From contig JAYFMW010000006.1 in the NCBI GenBank assembly GCA_042408215.1, positions 256,001 to 320,000 on the forward strand: a stretch of 64,000 bases of DNA, in the 5' to 3' direction. The notes beneath the pieces are model-generated. The model saw only the letters and a list, made by a program, of their open reading frames with translations, ran no database searches and was not told the origin of the DNA. A program made the translations under genes and the position numbers. Positions 21,010 through 30,196 of the stretch are shown here, piece after piece. The DNA comes from Microcoleus sp. Lineage in GTDB: Bacteria > Cyanobacteriota > Cyanobacteriia > Cyanobacteriales > Microcoleaceae. Position 1 is the stretch's first letter, and the number at the start of each line of letters is the position of its first letter.

Positions 21010-21332
21010 GTCATTAGTCATTAGTCATTAGTCAGTGGTGATTGGTTATTTGTTATTTGTTACTCGCTTGGGGCTGCTAATAACCAATGCCCAATGCCCA
21101 ATGCCCAATGCCCAATGCCCAATGCCCAATGCCCAATGCCCAATGCCCAATGCCCAAGGCCCAAGGCCCAAGGCCCAAGGCCCAAGGCCCAAGGCCCAAT
21201 GCCCAATGCCCAAGGCCCAAGGCCCAAGGCCCAATGCCCAATGCCCAATGCCCAATGCCCAATGCCCAATGCCCAATGCCCAATGCCCAATGCCCAATGC
21301 CCAATGCCCAATGCCCAATGCCCAATGCCCAA
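21010..21332. repeat. STRR arrays (GTCATTA)n and (ATGCCCA/AGGCCCA)n
   Basis: Long heptamer tandem array between convergent genes; source of the MPNAQCP/GIGHWAL spurious ORFs. Confidence 0.92.
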
Positions 21333-21349
21333 TTACTAGCAACTCAGTA

Positions 21350-21838
21350 TCATGCGATATCCGGCGGGAGATTGCTAGAACTAGATTGAGGAGTCGATCG
21401 ATACTGTTGCAAGTAAACATTAATTAAGTTCTGCACTTGCTCGCGACGGACTTCAGTGCCGACTTCCAGATTGCCGGGAGTTTCAAAAAAGACAATACTG
21501 TCAAGACCTTCTAGAGCCAGCATCTGAAATAAAATGTGAGTAACAGGCATGGATACCGGCCTCTTCGCGCGATCGCCCGCAGCAGTCGCAGCCAGGGAAG
21601 CATCTTGAAGAGTAGTCCAAGCATAAATCACCCTTTTCTCTCGCCCCGGTTGCTTGAGATTGCTCAAAACCGCGATCGCCCAACTTTGCTCGAAAGTTTG
21701 CAGAATCGAGTATTCGAGATGTTTGAGCTGTTGCGCGAGCAAAAGCAGAGCCGGGGCGATCGCCTTTAAAATCTGTGGCGTCGAACCATCGGGGGGAGCT
21801 TTGTCGATCAGTGATTGAATCTGTTGGTCTAAATCCAT
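21350..21838 (-). CDS. Conserved cyanobacterial hypothetical protein divergent from hetZ
   Basis: 162-aa ORF with ATG start and plausible composition; no motif recognised. Confidence 0.7.
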   Translation of the reverse strand: MDLDQQIQSLIDKAPPDGSTPQILKAIAPALLLLAQQLKHLEYSILQTFEQSWAIAVLSNLKQPGREKRVIYAWTTLQDASLAATAAGDRAKRPVSMPVTHILFQMLALEGLDSIVFFETPGNLEVGTEVRREQVQNLINVYLQQYRSTPQSSSSNLPPDIA

Positions 21839-21910
21839 CAGTCAGTTACTTTGAGATGTTAAGATGGAGAATTTGAGCCTAGGCGGTGCGCCCCAAACTC
21901 TAGGAACACT

Positions 21911-22019
21911 TACAGCGGAAACCGCTGTTATGAGGTACACCCACTTATCGTTCAATCCTCGTAGGGACAAGGCTCTTGGAGTGTCCCTACCGTGTTTCAT
22001 AACAGCGGGAACTGCTGTA
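21911..22019. mobile_element. MITE with TACAGC...GCTGTA termini (IS630-like, TA), carrying a GTAGGGAC...GTCCCTAC REP-like palindrome
   Basis: ~23-bp imperfect TIR; homologous partial copy at 33257-33542. Confidence 0.75.
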
Positions 22020-22043
22020 TATCAAAATATAGTCTAGTTTTGA

Positions 22044-22150
22044 TAAGTAAGCCCACCTAAAAAAACAAAATACCCAGCTCCCCAACTTCTTAAACAAGTC
22101 GGGGAGCTAACAGCTATGGCATTTTACATTTAAGCAGAACGACCTACTTA
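22044..22150. mobile_element. Small element with TAAGTA...TACTTA termini and internal hairpin AGCTCCCC...GGGGAGCT
   Basis: Inverted termini; related to 17416-17519. Confidence 0.55.
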
Positions 22151-22234
22151 TCTAGCACCGCCCGCTATGAAATGTAAAATCCTCAATCAAAAGTGGCATC
22201 AGTGTGCTACGTTGAATGTTAGCTGTAAACAATC

Positions 22235-23416
22235 ATGCGGGAAATCTGCCAGAGCGTGGAAACCATCTTTCAACTGCTGTTAGACGAACTCAAAAAGTCC
22301 ACTAGCGCGTCTGAGCAGAACTGCCGGGATGTTGCAGGACGACTCGCAGCAGAAGTCAACAGGATATGCACAGAAAGCCAGCGGATTCAAGCCTCTGGAG
22401 ACATAAAAGGTTCGGCCGTGAGCCTGGCCCAGCATCGCTTGCAACAAAGCCTCCACTATTACAGTTTAGGCTCCGGGCCGGGGCGAGTAGAATTGCACAG
22501 TACCCTCAGCGCGATCGTGTACCGCTACATAACTCCTCCCCAGGTGCAATCTAGCTACCAAGCGCGAGTAGAACTGATCAAAGATTTTTTACAAGGATTT
22601 TATCTCGAAGCTTTAAAGGCATTCCGGCGCGAAATGCAACTAGAAGTTACCTACAGCCCTCGCACTCGCTTAGAACTAGCAGAGTACATGGCATTTGTAG
22701 AGCGCTTTGGCAAACGGCGGATTCCTTTGCCGCGGAACCGCAGCCAACAACTAATTATTTTACGGGCCCAAACCTTTTCCCAGCAGCAGCCCAGAGAAAC
22801 CTCCGTAGACATGGAACAAGCCGCAGACGGGGGGGCCACAGATTCCGATCGCACCTGGAACGACAGCTCAGTATACTCCGTGCGAGAGGCGATGGCCGGG
22901 CAGGGTTCGGCTGCAATTCGTCCTCAAGGCGACGAGTCAGAGTCCCTGCGGCAGAACGTGATCGAGGAATTAGTCGCTTATTTGAAAGAGAAGAAGCAAC
23001 AAGACTGCGCCGATTATTTTGTGCTCAGGTTGCAAGACTTGCCGACTAATGAAATAGAGTCGATTCTGGGCATCACTCCCCGCCAAAGAGACTATTTACA
23101 GCAGCGCTTCAAATATCATTTGCTCAGGTTTGCGATGTCGCACCGCTGGGAACTGGTTCACCAGTGGCTGGAAGCAGACTTAGATCGAAATCTGGGTTTG
23201 CTGCCTTCTGAGTGGCAAGCTTTTTGCGAGCAAATTGGCCCAGAGGGACAGCGTTTGTTAAAGTTGAAGCAACAGGGTCTGTCAGATTCAGCGATCGCAC
23301 AAACCCTCAGCAGCACGGTAGCCCAGGTACAGAAACGGTGGTTTAAGTTGCTGGAACTGGCCTGGGAATTGCGTAATCGTTCAGATTCCGGAGAAGGGGC
23401 ATCTAGTGATGAATAA
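22235..23416 (+). CDS. hetZ: HetZ family protein
   Basis: Recognisable stretches GRVELHSTLSAIVYRYI, LELAEYMAF..R.GKRRIPLP, QQLIILRAQTFSQQQP, HRWELVHQWLEAD; synteny with sds and patU. Confidence 0.88.
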   Translation: MREICQSVETIFQLLLDELKKSTSASEQNCRDVAGRLAAEVNRICTESQRIQASGDIKGSAVSLAQHRLQQSLHYYSLGSGPGRVELHSTLSAIVYRYITPPQVQSSYQARVELIKDFLQGFYLEALKAFRREMQLEVTYSPRTRLELAEYMAFVERFGKRRIPLPRNRSQQLIILRAQTFSQQQPRETSVDMEQAADGGATDSDRTWNDSSVYSVREAMAGQGSAAIRPQGDESESLRQNVIEELVAYLKEKKQQDCADYFVLRLQDLPTNEIESILGITPRQRDYLQQRFKYHLLRFAMSHRWELVHQWLEADLDRNLGLLPSEWQAFCEQIGPEGQRLLKLKQQGLSDSAIAQTLSSTVAQVQKRWFKLLELAWELRNRSDSGEGASSDE

Positions 23417-24464
23417 CGAAACCAACAGGGATGCAGAGGCTTTCGAGCGTCATTTTTTGAACTGGATATTGCAGACGCCTGAGAATGCCTTAAGCCGAAA
23501 TGAGGAAAACCTCACCCAGCCGCCTCCCTCAGCAGAGTGGGGCGATACAGAAGATTATGCTGGGGTGGAATACTGGGAATGGGACGAACCAGACCCGATC
23601 GATACAGAAGTGGGGCCGCACAGCAATGCAGTCGCACAACCGATGACATTTGGAGAAATACCGACCGTGCAAGATCGTTTTCAGACTTTATTAAAACAGA
23701 GGCTTAAAGCCGAAATTGAATCAAACCCGCCACTGTTTCCTTGGGAAACACAAATTCAAAGCTACGACCACGATTACCCAGACGATGCAGCCCCACGATG
23801 GGTTCCCCCCCTGCACATCTGGACTCCCCAACTGCAAAATCTCAGATGGGGACGCCTGCCAATTCCGATCGCCCAAGGAGTTTTTGCTCAACTGCTAGAA
23901 CCTTGTCAGGAACTGGTAATGTCGTCGCTGCGGGAAGGCTCGAAGTTAGTTCGGGCTGTAGATAGCCTGTTTCCGGGCCAGTCTCAGGAACTCAACGAAT
24001 TAGCTGGTTTAGTGCTTAGAGGTGCTTTGCGGGGACTTTTAGATTTAGAGGATTTTCCGAATTACGAAGCGGCGACAACCGACCAACAAATGGTGCTGTC
24101 CCTGATGGCCGCGCGGGAAATTATTGATTCTCTAACTTTGAATTGTCCGATAAATCAGCCGCCGGTTTCCCGGGAGTGGCTGACTGGATTGGGTTCCCTA
24201 ACTCTCAAGGCTCAATACCTGTCGAATGGCGACAGAGAACAGCCGATTCCATCTTTAAGAGTAGAGTGCCAATTTCCGGGGGGAGGAAGTTTGGAACTCA
24301 AGGGAGGGGATGCCGAAGCAACTGCACAGCGACCGAATTCAGGTCATTTAAGTGTGGAGTTGTTTGACCCGCAACCTCACAAGACTTATGCGCTAGAAGT
24401 TCGGTTCCAAAACTTCGAGGCCAGACCTTTGATGTTTGCTATTCGTCCTACAATTGCAGGCTAA
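23406..24464 (+). CDS. patU: PatU family protein (single ORF)
   Basis: Overlaps hetZ stop; GEIPTVQDRFQTLLKQRL..EI..NPPLFPWE motif; QQMVLSL.AA. Confidence 0.8.
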   Translation: MMNNETNRDAEAFERHFLNWILQTPENALSRNEENLTQPPPSAEWGDTEDYAGVEYWEWDEPDPIDTEVGPHSNAVAQPMTFGEIPTVQDRFQTLLKQRLKAEIESNPPLFPWETQIQSYDHDYPDDAAPRWVPPLHIWTPQLQNLRWGRLPIPIAQGVFAQLLEPCQELVMSSLREGSKLVRAVDSLFPGQSQELNELAGLVLRGALRGLLDLEDFPNYEAATTDQQMVLSLMAAREIIDSLTLNCPINQPPVSREWLTGLGSLTLKAQYLSNGDREQPIPSLRVECQFPGGGSLELKGGDAEATAQRPNSGHLSVELFDPQPHKTYALEVRFQNFEARPLMFAIRPTIAG

Positions 24465-24658
24465 AATAGGAACAAAAAAGCCAGAATAAATTAAGTAACT
24501 GCGTTTTTTAATTGTGTTGTTACCTCACACAAATATCAACACAATGCCCAGACTAAAGTCGTCGAGAGCAACAAACTTTAGAGATTAGTTAAAAGCCTCA
24601 GATTTATCTGTGGATTCAATCTAAAATCTAAAATCTAAAATCTAAAATTGTTGGATGG

Positions 24659-27031
24659 GTGCAAATGACAACTGATAACCTGCGAAATATACCTGTTTTT
24701 GGTAAGCTGTGGGAGCAGATTGAGGCAATGCCTCCGCCGGTGATCGAGGATTCTTTACTGCTGCGAATCCTAGTTCAGTTGTTGGTAATAGTGGGAATTG
24801 TGGCTACGGATGTTGCTGTTGAAGAGAACCTGAATCTTTGGGCAGTGCCTGTTAGTATTGTGGGGGCAACTTGGAGTTGGTACCGTCGGCGCGATCGCAA
24901 TATAGCAGCTCAATTCTGCATAGCTATTGGAATGCTAGTGGCGCTGTTCGCTTTTTTGAGCCGTTTAGTGGGAGAATTGAATGATACGCGGTTAGTTTTG
25001 GCGCAACTGTTAATTCAACTTCAAGTGCTACACAGTTTCGATTTGCCGCGCCGCAAAGATTTGGGCTACTCGATGGTAATCGGGCTAATTTTGTTGGGGG
25101 TAGCGGCGACTCTCAGCCAAACCTTGACTTTTGGGCCGCTGCTGTTGGTGTTTTTGGCTTTAGCGCTTCCGACTTTGGTTTTGGATTATCGATCGCGCTT
25201 GGGACTCAAGAAGGTAGAAGATAGAAAGCAGAAGGTAGAAGGTAAAGGGAAAAATGAAAGCCTGTCGCTATTTGCGGCTACCTTATCTCCCAAGTATTTT
25301 GGCTTGCTGTTGCTGATAATTGTCGGGTTGGGGCTGACTATTTTTGCGTTTTTGCCGCGCCTCCCTGGCTATCAGTTGCGGACATTTCCGGTGAGTGCTC
25401 CCATTGAATATAAGGGGGATTTTGACTCACGCAGCATTCTGAATCCGGGGTATGTCAGAGGGGGAAATCAAAAAGGGACTGGCCCAGGAAGGGGGAGAAA
25501 CCCAGACAAAGGCCCAGGAGAGGTAGACTCTACTTTTTATTATGGTTTCAACCAGCGCATTAATCAAAATTTGCGGGGCGAGATGAAACCTCAAGTGGTG
25601 ATGCGGGTGCGATCGCAAGCGGCGGGTTTTTGGCGGGTATTGGGGTTTGATAAATACACCGGTCAGGGTTGGGAAATTTCTCGCAACGAACAAGCTCAAA
25701 AGGTGAATAGACCTAGGTGGTCTTATCAATTTTATCTGAATCCGTATCCCAATGCGCCCCGCACTCAAGAGGTGATTCAAAGTTATACTATTGTTGCTCA
25801 GTTGCCGAATTTGATTCCGGCTTTAAACAAGCCGAAGGAACTGTATTTTCCGACGACGGATGTGGCGGTTGATGCGGAGGGGGGTTTGCGATCGCCTGTG
25901 GAATTGGCGGAAGGTTTGACTTATACGGTGATTTCAAATGTGCCTTTTCGCGATCGCTCTTTGTTGGGTAAAACAGGTACGGATTACCCGAAAAATATTC
26001 GCAAGTTTTATTTAGATGTGCCACCAAAAATTGCCGATAAAGTGCGGAAAAAAACTGAGGAAATATTGCTAGCAAGGACGAGAGTATCTACGTCTGATAG
26101 ACCGATAGATTCTCCCTACGAAAAAGCTTTGTATTTGGCTCAATATTTGAAGCAAAACCCGAATTATAAAATTGAAAAAGCCTTGCCTTATTTAGAGGAA
26201 AGTGAGGATTTAGTCGAGGGTTTTCTGTTTGGCTACAAAAACACCCAGGGCGGCAAAAAAGTTATCGGCGGATATCCAGACCATTTTTCGACGGTACTGA
26301 CAATTATGCTCAGGTCGATCGGGATTCCGGCGCGCATGGTTGGCGGTTTCGATACGGGGGAATTCAACCCGTTTACAGGTTTGTATATTGTGAAAAATAC
26401 CGATGCTTTCTTGATGACGGAGGTATATTTTCCTAATAATGGCTGGTTTGCTTTTAATCCGATTCCCGGTTATCCTTTGATTCCGGCTTCGGTGGAAGAT
26501 AACCAGACTTTTAGCGCGCTGGAATCGTTTTGGAAGTGGATAGCGGGTTGGCTACCAACGCCTGTGAGAAGCGGGCTGGATTCGGCGATCGGTTTTGTGA
26601 TTGGCTGGATTAGTTTGATTGTGGGCTGGTTTTTGGCGCAGTTTGCTAAGGGCTGGGTGGGGTTATTTACTGGTTTGATTAGTGCGATCGCATTTGGCTT
26701 CATTGGCTGGTTAATTTGGCAACTGTGGCGCAAGTGGCGCTACCGTCGTTGGCTGGGGAAGTTGCCGCCTGTGGAGGGGGTTTATCAGGAAATGTTGAAG
26801 GATTTGGCGAGTCGGGGATTTGTGAAGCCTCGCGCTCAAACGCCTTTGGAGTATGCTGAGGCGATGCGCGGTAATCATGCAATTGATGAAGCAGAGGTGA
26901 TTGAGGAGGTTTCGCAAGCTTACGTGCGCTGGAAGTACGGCGGGGAAACGGGAAATTTGGGCCAGTTGCGGCTGTTGGTGAGGAATTTGAGGCGATCGCA
27001 CTTAAAGAAGCTCAAAAAGCGCTGGTTTTAG
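24659..27031 (+). CDS. Membrane transglutaminase-like protein (DUF3488 + transglutaminase core + DUF4129)
   Basis: N-terminal TM bundle, MLRSIGIPARMVGGF core, TEVYFP..GW..F.P, C-terminal QTPLEYA...YVRWKYGG. Confidence 0.85.
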   Translation: MQMTTDNLRNIPVFGKLWEQIEAMPPPVIEDSLLLRILVQLLVIVGIVATDVAVEENLNLWAVPVSIVGATWSWYRRRDRNIAAQFCIAIGMLVALFAFLSRLVGELNDTRLVLAQLLIQLQVLHSFDLPRRKDLGYSMVIGLILLGVAATLSQTLTFGPLLLVFLALALPTLVLDYRSRLGLKKVEDRKQKVEGKGKNESLSLFAATLSPKYFGLLLLIIVGLGLTIFAFLPRLPGYQLRTFPVSAPIEYKGDFDSRSILNPGYVRGGNQKGTGPGRGRNPDKGPGEVDSTFYYGFNQRINQNLRGEMKPQVVMRVRSQAAGFWRVLGFDKYTGQGWEISRNEQAQKVNRPRWSYQFYLNPYPNAPRTQEVIQSYTIVAQLPNLIPALNKPKELYFPTTDVAVDAEGGLRSPVELAEGLTYTVISNVPFRDRSLLGKTGTDYPKNIRKFYLDVPPKIADKVRKKTEEILLARTRVSTSDRPIDSPYEKALYLAQYLKQNPNYKIEKALPYLEESEDLVEGFLFGYKNTQGGKKVIGGYPDHFSTVLTIMLRSIGIPARMVGGFDTGEFNPFTGLYIVKNTDAFLMTEVYFPNNGWFAFNPIPGYPLIPASVEDNQTFSALESFWKWIAGWLPTPVRSGLDSAIGFVIGWISLIVGWFLAQFAKGWVGLFTGLISAIAFGFIGWLIWQLWRKWRYRRWLGKLPPVEGVYQEMLKDLASRGFVKPRAQTPLEYAEAMRGNHAIDEAEVIEEVSQAYVRWKYGGETGNLGQLRLLVRNLRRSHLKKLKKRWF

Positions 27032-27042
27032 GCGGTAAGGGT
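26912..27042 (+). repeat. Direct repeat copy 1 (3' end of the transglutaminase-like gene)
   Basis: Matches 29278-29412 with 7 substitutions and a 4-nt indel by my count. Confidence 0.92.
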
Positions 27043-27055
27043 TGCGATATTAGAC

Positions 27056-29241
27056 TTAAGGAAATGCAAGAGCAGATGAAGTCTTAGGGTTAGGCAGTCT
27101 AAATCCGACTATCTTGGCTGAAAGTTCTCTAGCAATCTTGACTATTTCCTCATAAACAGCCGACCAATCACAATCATAATTCAGCCATCAGGTAAACCAA
27201 CCATAACGCTCCTATCGAACCCATATCTGACAGGTATAACGTTTTCCCGAACCAGCGGGGACGTTTACCAGTGGTCTTCACCCCAAGCCACGCCGTGAAC
27301 AACGAGTCCGTGCATGAGCTGACACCAGGCTTAGTCGCAATCCATATGTAACCTTGCTGCCATTCCAGAACCGGAAGGGTATGCAGAATATACATCTACT
27401 AGCATGGGCAAAAACTACCTTTTCATAATTAGTGCTGCCAATTAGAGCAGTATATTTGAATATTAGAAGGCAAAAGAGTGGAGCATTTGATTCAGAATAT
27501 CCTTTTCCGCTGGCAATCATCGACTCCGCCCAAGGGTATCTTCGACTTCGTGGCGCGCCCACCCATCAAAAACTACTCCCAGATTAGGAAACTCCTCCGC
27601 TAGTTTTTTGATGATATTAGCATTTCCCTCCACCTGAGATACCCAAGTTCTACTACTTCTAATTTGGATACACAAAAGAGGAAAATGTTTTTTAGCCCTT
27701 TCCACTTCTTCTAAAAACTCTGGATTCTCAGAACACTTTTTCATGGAAAATTGAGTCACGCGATCGGCTAACTCTTGACTAAGAAATAAGTCATTTACTT
27801 GAACAGCAAAATAGTTATTATCTAAAATCGTTTGAAATAGCTCGTCAGTATTAGCTAATTTACTAATTTTAGGGCTGGGTATTTCAGGGAAACAACCGCC
27901 GACATTAAAAAACTGTTTATCACCAACTAAAAATATTTCTATTTTCTCTAAAAGATTGTTGTGCTGAAGATAGAGAATACCTGATAATTCATTCCAGTAG
28001 TAGTGTCCAAAATTTCTACCAAATCCTATATCAAATACAAGTTTTTTAGGAAGTTCGGTTTGTATATAAAATTTTACTTTTTGATAACTACTGACTAGAG
28101 AAATTTTTAACCTATTGATAATTATCTTAATTTCATCGGAAAGTAACCAGGGAGGAGAAAATTTTATAATTAGTTCTTTTCCGGGTAGAAAAATACACAT
28201 CTTACCCCGACAAGTATTACCAATTACTAAGTAAAATATTTCCTTTCCAACCAAGCGGTAAATGTGCATTGATACCCCATTTTCATAATAAACATAAAAT
28301 GATTGATTCGACTTGACAATTTTACCACTAAAAGGGCATACAGAGTAAAGATAACCTGTTTCTACCATCGCCTTACTACAAGCATGGTTTTTATAAGGTT
28401 CCCAAACTTTCGATACAGTTTCTACAAATTTTAGAGAAAGTTTTACTTTGGGTGTGGGATGAAAACTATTAATATAAATTTGTTCTAAGTTAAGATCGTC
28501 TTTTTTTATTAGTTGTAAATTAGCCAAGGATATGCCATACTCATTGAGCAAATTTTGATCTACTTCAGTTAAATTATTTAGATCGATAATTGTATAGTTG
28601 CTGTTTTTTTCAAAATAGGCTTCTGCCTCAGCTTTTGTGGGAATTGGCTCAGAGATATCATCAATTTTTCCTAATTGATTTAAGTTTTTCCACAAAATTT
28701 CAGAAATTTCTACTGTTTCAGGGAATTTCTCTCGATCGCGCTTATTATTAAGTTCCTGGTTATGACTAAATTGCGGGGCTTTCTGGAAAAGCGCGATCGC
28801 GTCATCCATTAAATCTCTTTCTGCCAAATACAGACTAAAATCATAATAAACCATTGCCTGATGAGGATCGCGCTTTAACACAGAATCAAAACAAGCAATA
28901 ACTCGATCAAGTCCCCCTTGCTTAACTAAAACCACACCCAAATTAGGATTTAACTCAATGGCCCGATAATAGGCTAAATTAGCTCGATCGAGCTGTCCAT
29001 TTTGTGATAATACTTGGGCCATACTATAATAGGAACTGGCACCACCGGGATTAAGATCGATCGCCTGTTGGAAGGACGCGATCGCCTCATCCCATCGGGA
29101 AAGCTTGGTCAAAGTTTCGCCTAAATTATGGTGAGAGCAATGGAATAAGGGGTTTTGTTTGATCGCGATTTGGTAAAATTCGATCGCGTCTGCGAATTTT
29201 CCTTGTTGCTTCAGTTGGTTAGCAGTTTCAAAATAAGTCAT
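27056..29241 (-). pseudogene. TPR-repeat protein with large C-terminal domain (possibly glycosyltransferase-like); 3' part frameshifted
   Basis: N-terminal TPRs; NFGHYYWNEL motif; coding-like sequence continues past the 27517 stop through frameshifts to ...NYDCDWSAVYEEIVKIA...FP* at 27056; AT-rich. May be intact with sequence errors. Confidence 0.65.
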
Positions 29242-29277
29242 TACTATAGGAACCAATCTTGCAGGCATAATATTTTC

Positions 29278-29412
29278 TCGCAAGCTTACGTGCGCTGGAA
29301 GTACGGCGGGGAAACGGGAAATTTGAACCAGTTGCGGCTGTTGGTGAGGAATTTGAGGCGATCGCAGTTAAAGCAATTGAAAAAGCGCTGGTTTTAGGCG
29401 ATCGGTAAGGGT
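29278..29412 (+). repeat. Direct repeat copy 2 (orphan duplicate of the gene 3' end)
   Basis: Encodes SQAYVRWKYGGETGNLNQLRLLVRNLRRSQLKQLKKRWF*. Confidence 0.92.
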
Positions 29413-29449
29413 AGTAAAAAAATTGTAGCACTTTTTTTGACGCCTCAAA

Positions 29450-29591
29450 TATAGCATTTCTCTGTCTGCTGAGGTACAGGAGCTTGATCCCCCCAACCCC
29501 CCTTAATAAGGGGGGCTTTTCCGGTTCCCCCCTTATTAAGGGGGGTTAGGGGGGATCGTTTTTGTAATTCATATAATTGAGAAACGCTATA
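29450..29591. mobile_element. MITE with TATAGC...GCTATA termini (IS630-like), carrying the CCCCC...TTAATAAGGGGG hairpin cassette
   Basis: TATAGCATTTCTC / GAGAAACGCTATA inverted termini; internal TGAGGTA motif shared with the 21911 and 48794 elements. Confidence 0.75.
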
Positions 29592-29596
29592 CTTCA

Positions 29597-29740
29597 TATC
29601 AAATCCTCTCTTCATCGGAATAGTAAATTTGAGTTAACAGTTAACTGTTAACTGTCAACCGTCAACCGTTAACAGTTAACTGTTAACTGTTAACCGTCAA
29701 CCGTCAACAATCATCTCCAAGAGTGCAACCGGAATTGATA
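29597..29740. mobile_element. MITE (TATCAAATCC family) with 3-bp TCA duplication and GTTAAC heptamer cargo
   Basis: TCA on both flanks; homolog of 6531-6657. Confidence 0.75.
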
Positions 29741-29747
29741 TCACCTC

Positions 29748-30035
29748 CTAAAACATTCGACTCAGAAAATCTCCACCATCGGACAAATGAGTCAATTCCC
29801 GAAGGAAGGATTGGATCTTTTTGGATGAAACCTGCCGCCCTTGACTCACAATCCTGCCATCAATCACTAAAGCTGGAGTACAGCGCAGTCTGCGTCGTTT
29901 CACTTCTTCAATATCTGCAATGCAGTTAACTTTTGCGGAGAGGCCCAGTTTAGCGATCGCCGTTAAAACATTGTCCTCCAGAAAATGACAATTCTCGTTA
30001 TAAGTGCCAATAATTTCAATGTCAAATGTATGCAT
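29748..30035 (-). CDS. Small thioredoxin-fold protein (MTH895/Thioredoxin_3-like) lacking the first Cys of CxxC
   Basis: IEIIGT...C..LEDNV, DIEEV, TPALVIDG...SQGR pattern; ATG at 30035. Confidence 0.7.
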   Translation of the reverse strand: MHTFDIEIIGTYNENCHFLEDNVLTAIAKLGLSAKVNCIADIEEVKRRRLRCTPALVIDGRIVSQGRQVSSKKIQSFLRELTHLSDGGDFLSRMF

Positions 30036-30196
30036 TACTAAGTTTCTCCAAATAGACAAGGCGGACGTTGACGAGGGCAATTTAAGGATGACAACAGTTG
30101 CTTAATTGTTGCTCCTAGTTTCATCGGTTAAACGGTTGGTGAAGAGTTCCCTTTGACGATAGAGAAAAAAGGTGAAAGCAAGTATCACTGGCATTT

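Noticed and set aside
21035..21427. ORFs reading MPNAQCP/GIGHWAL (also WGMGNGE at 12406-12642 and 49665-50030)
   Set aside because: Translations of stop-free heptamer tandem repeats, not credible genes.
26912..29412. Direct repeat pair as DGR template/variable repeats
   Set aside because: Differences are not adenine-specific and no reverse transcriptase is present in the window.
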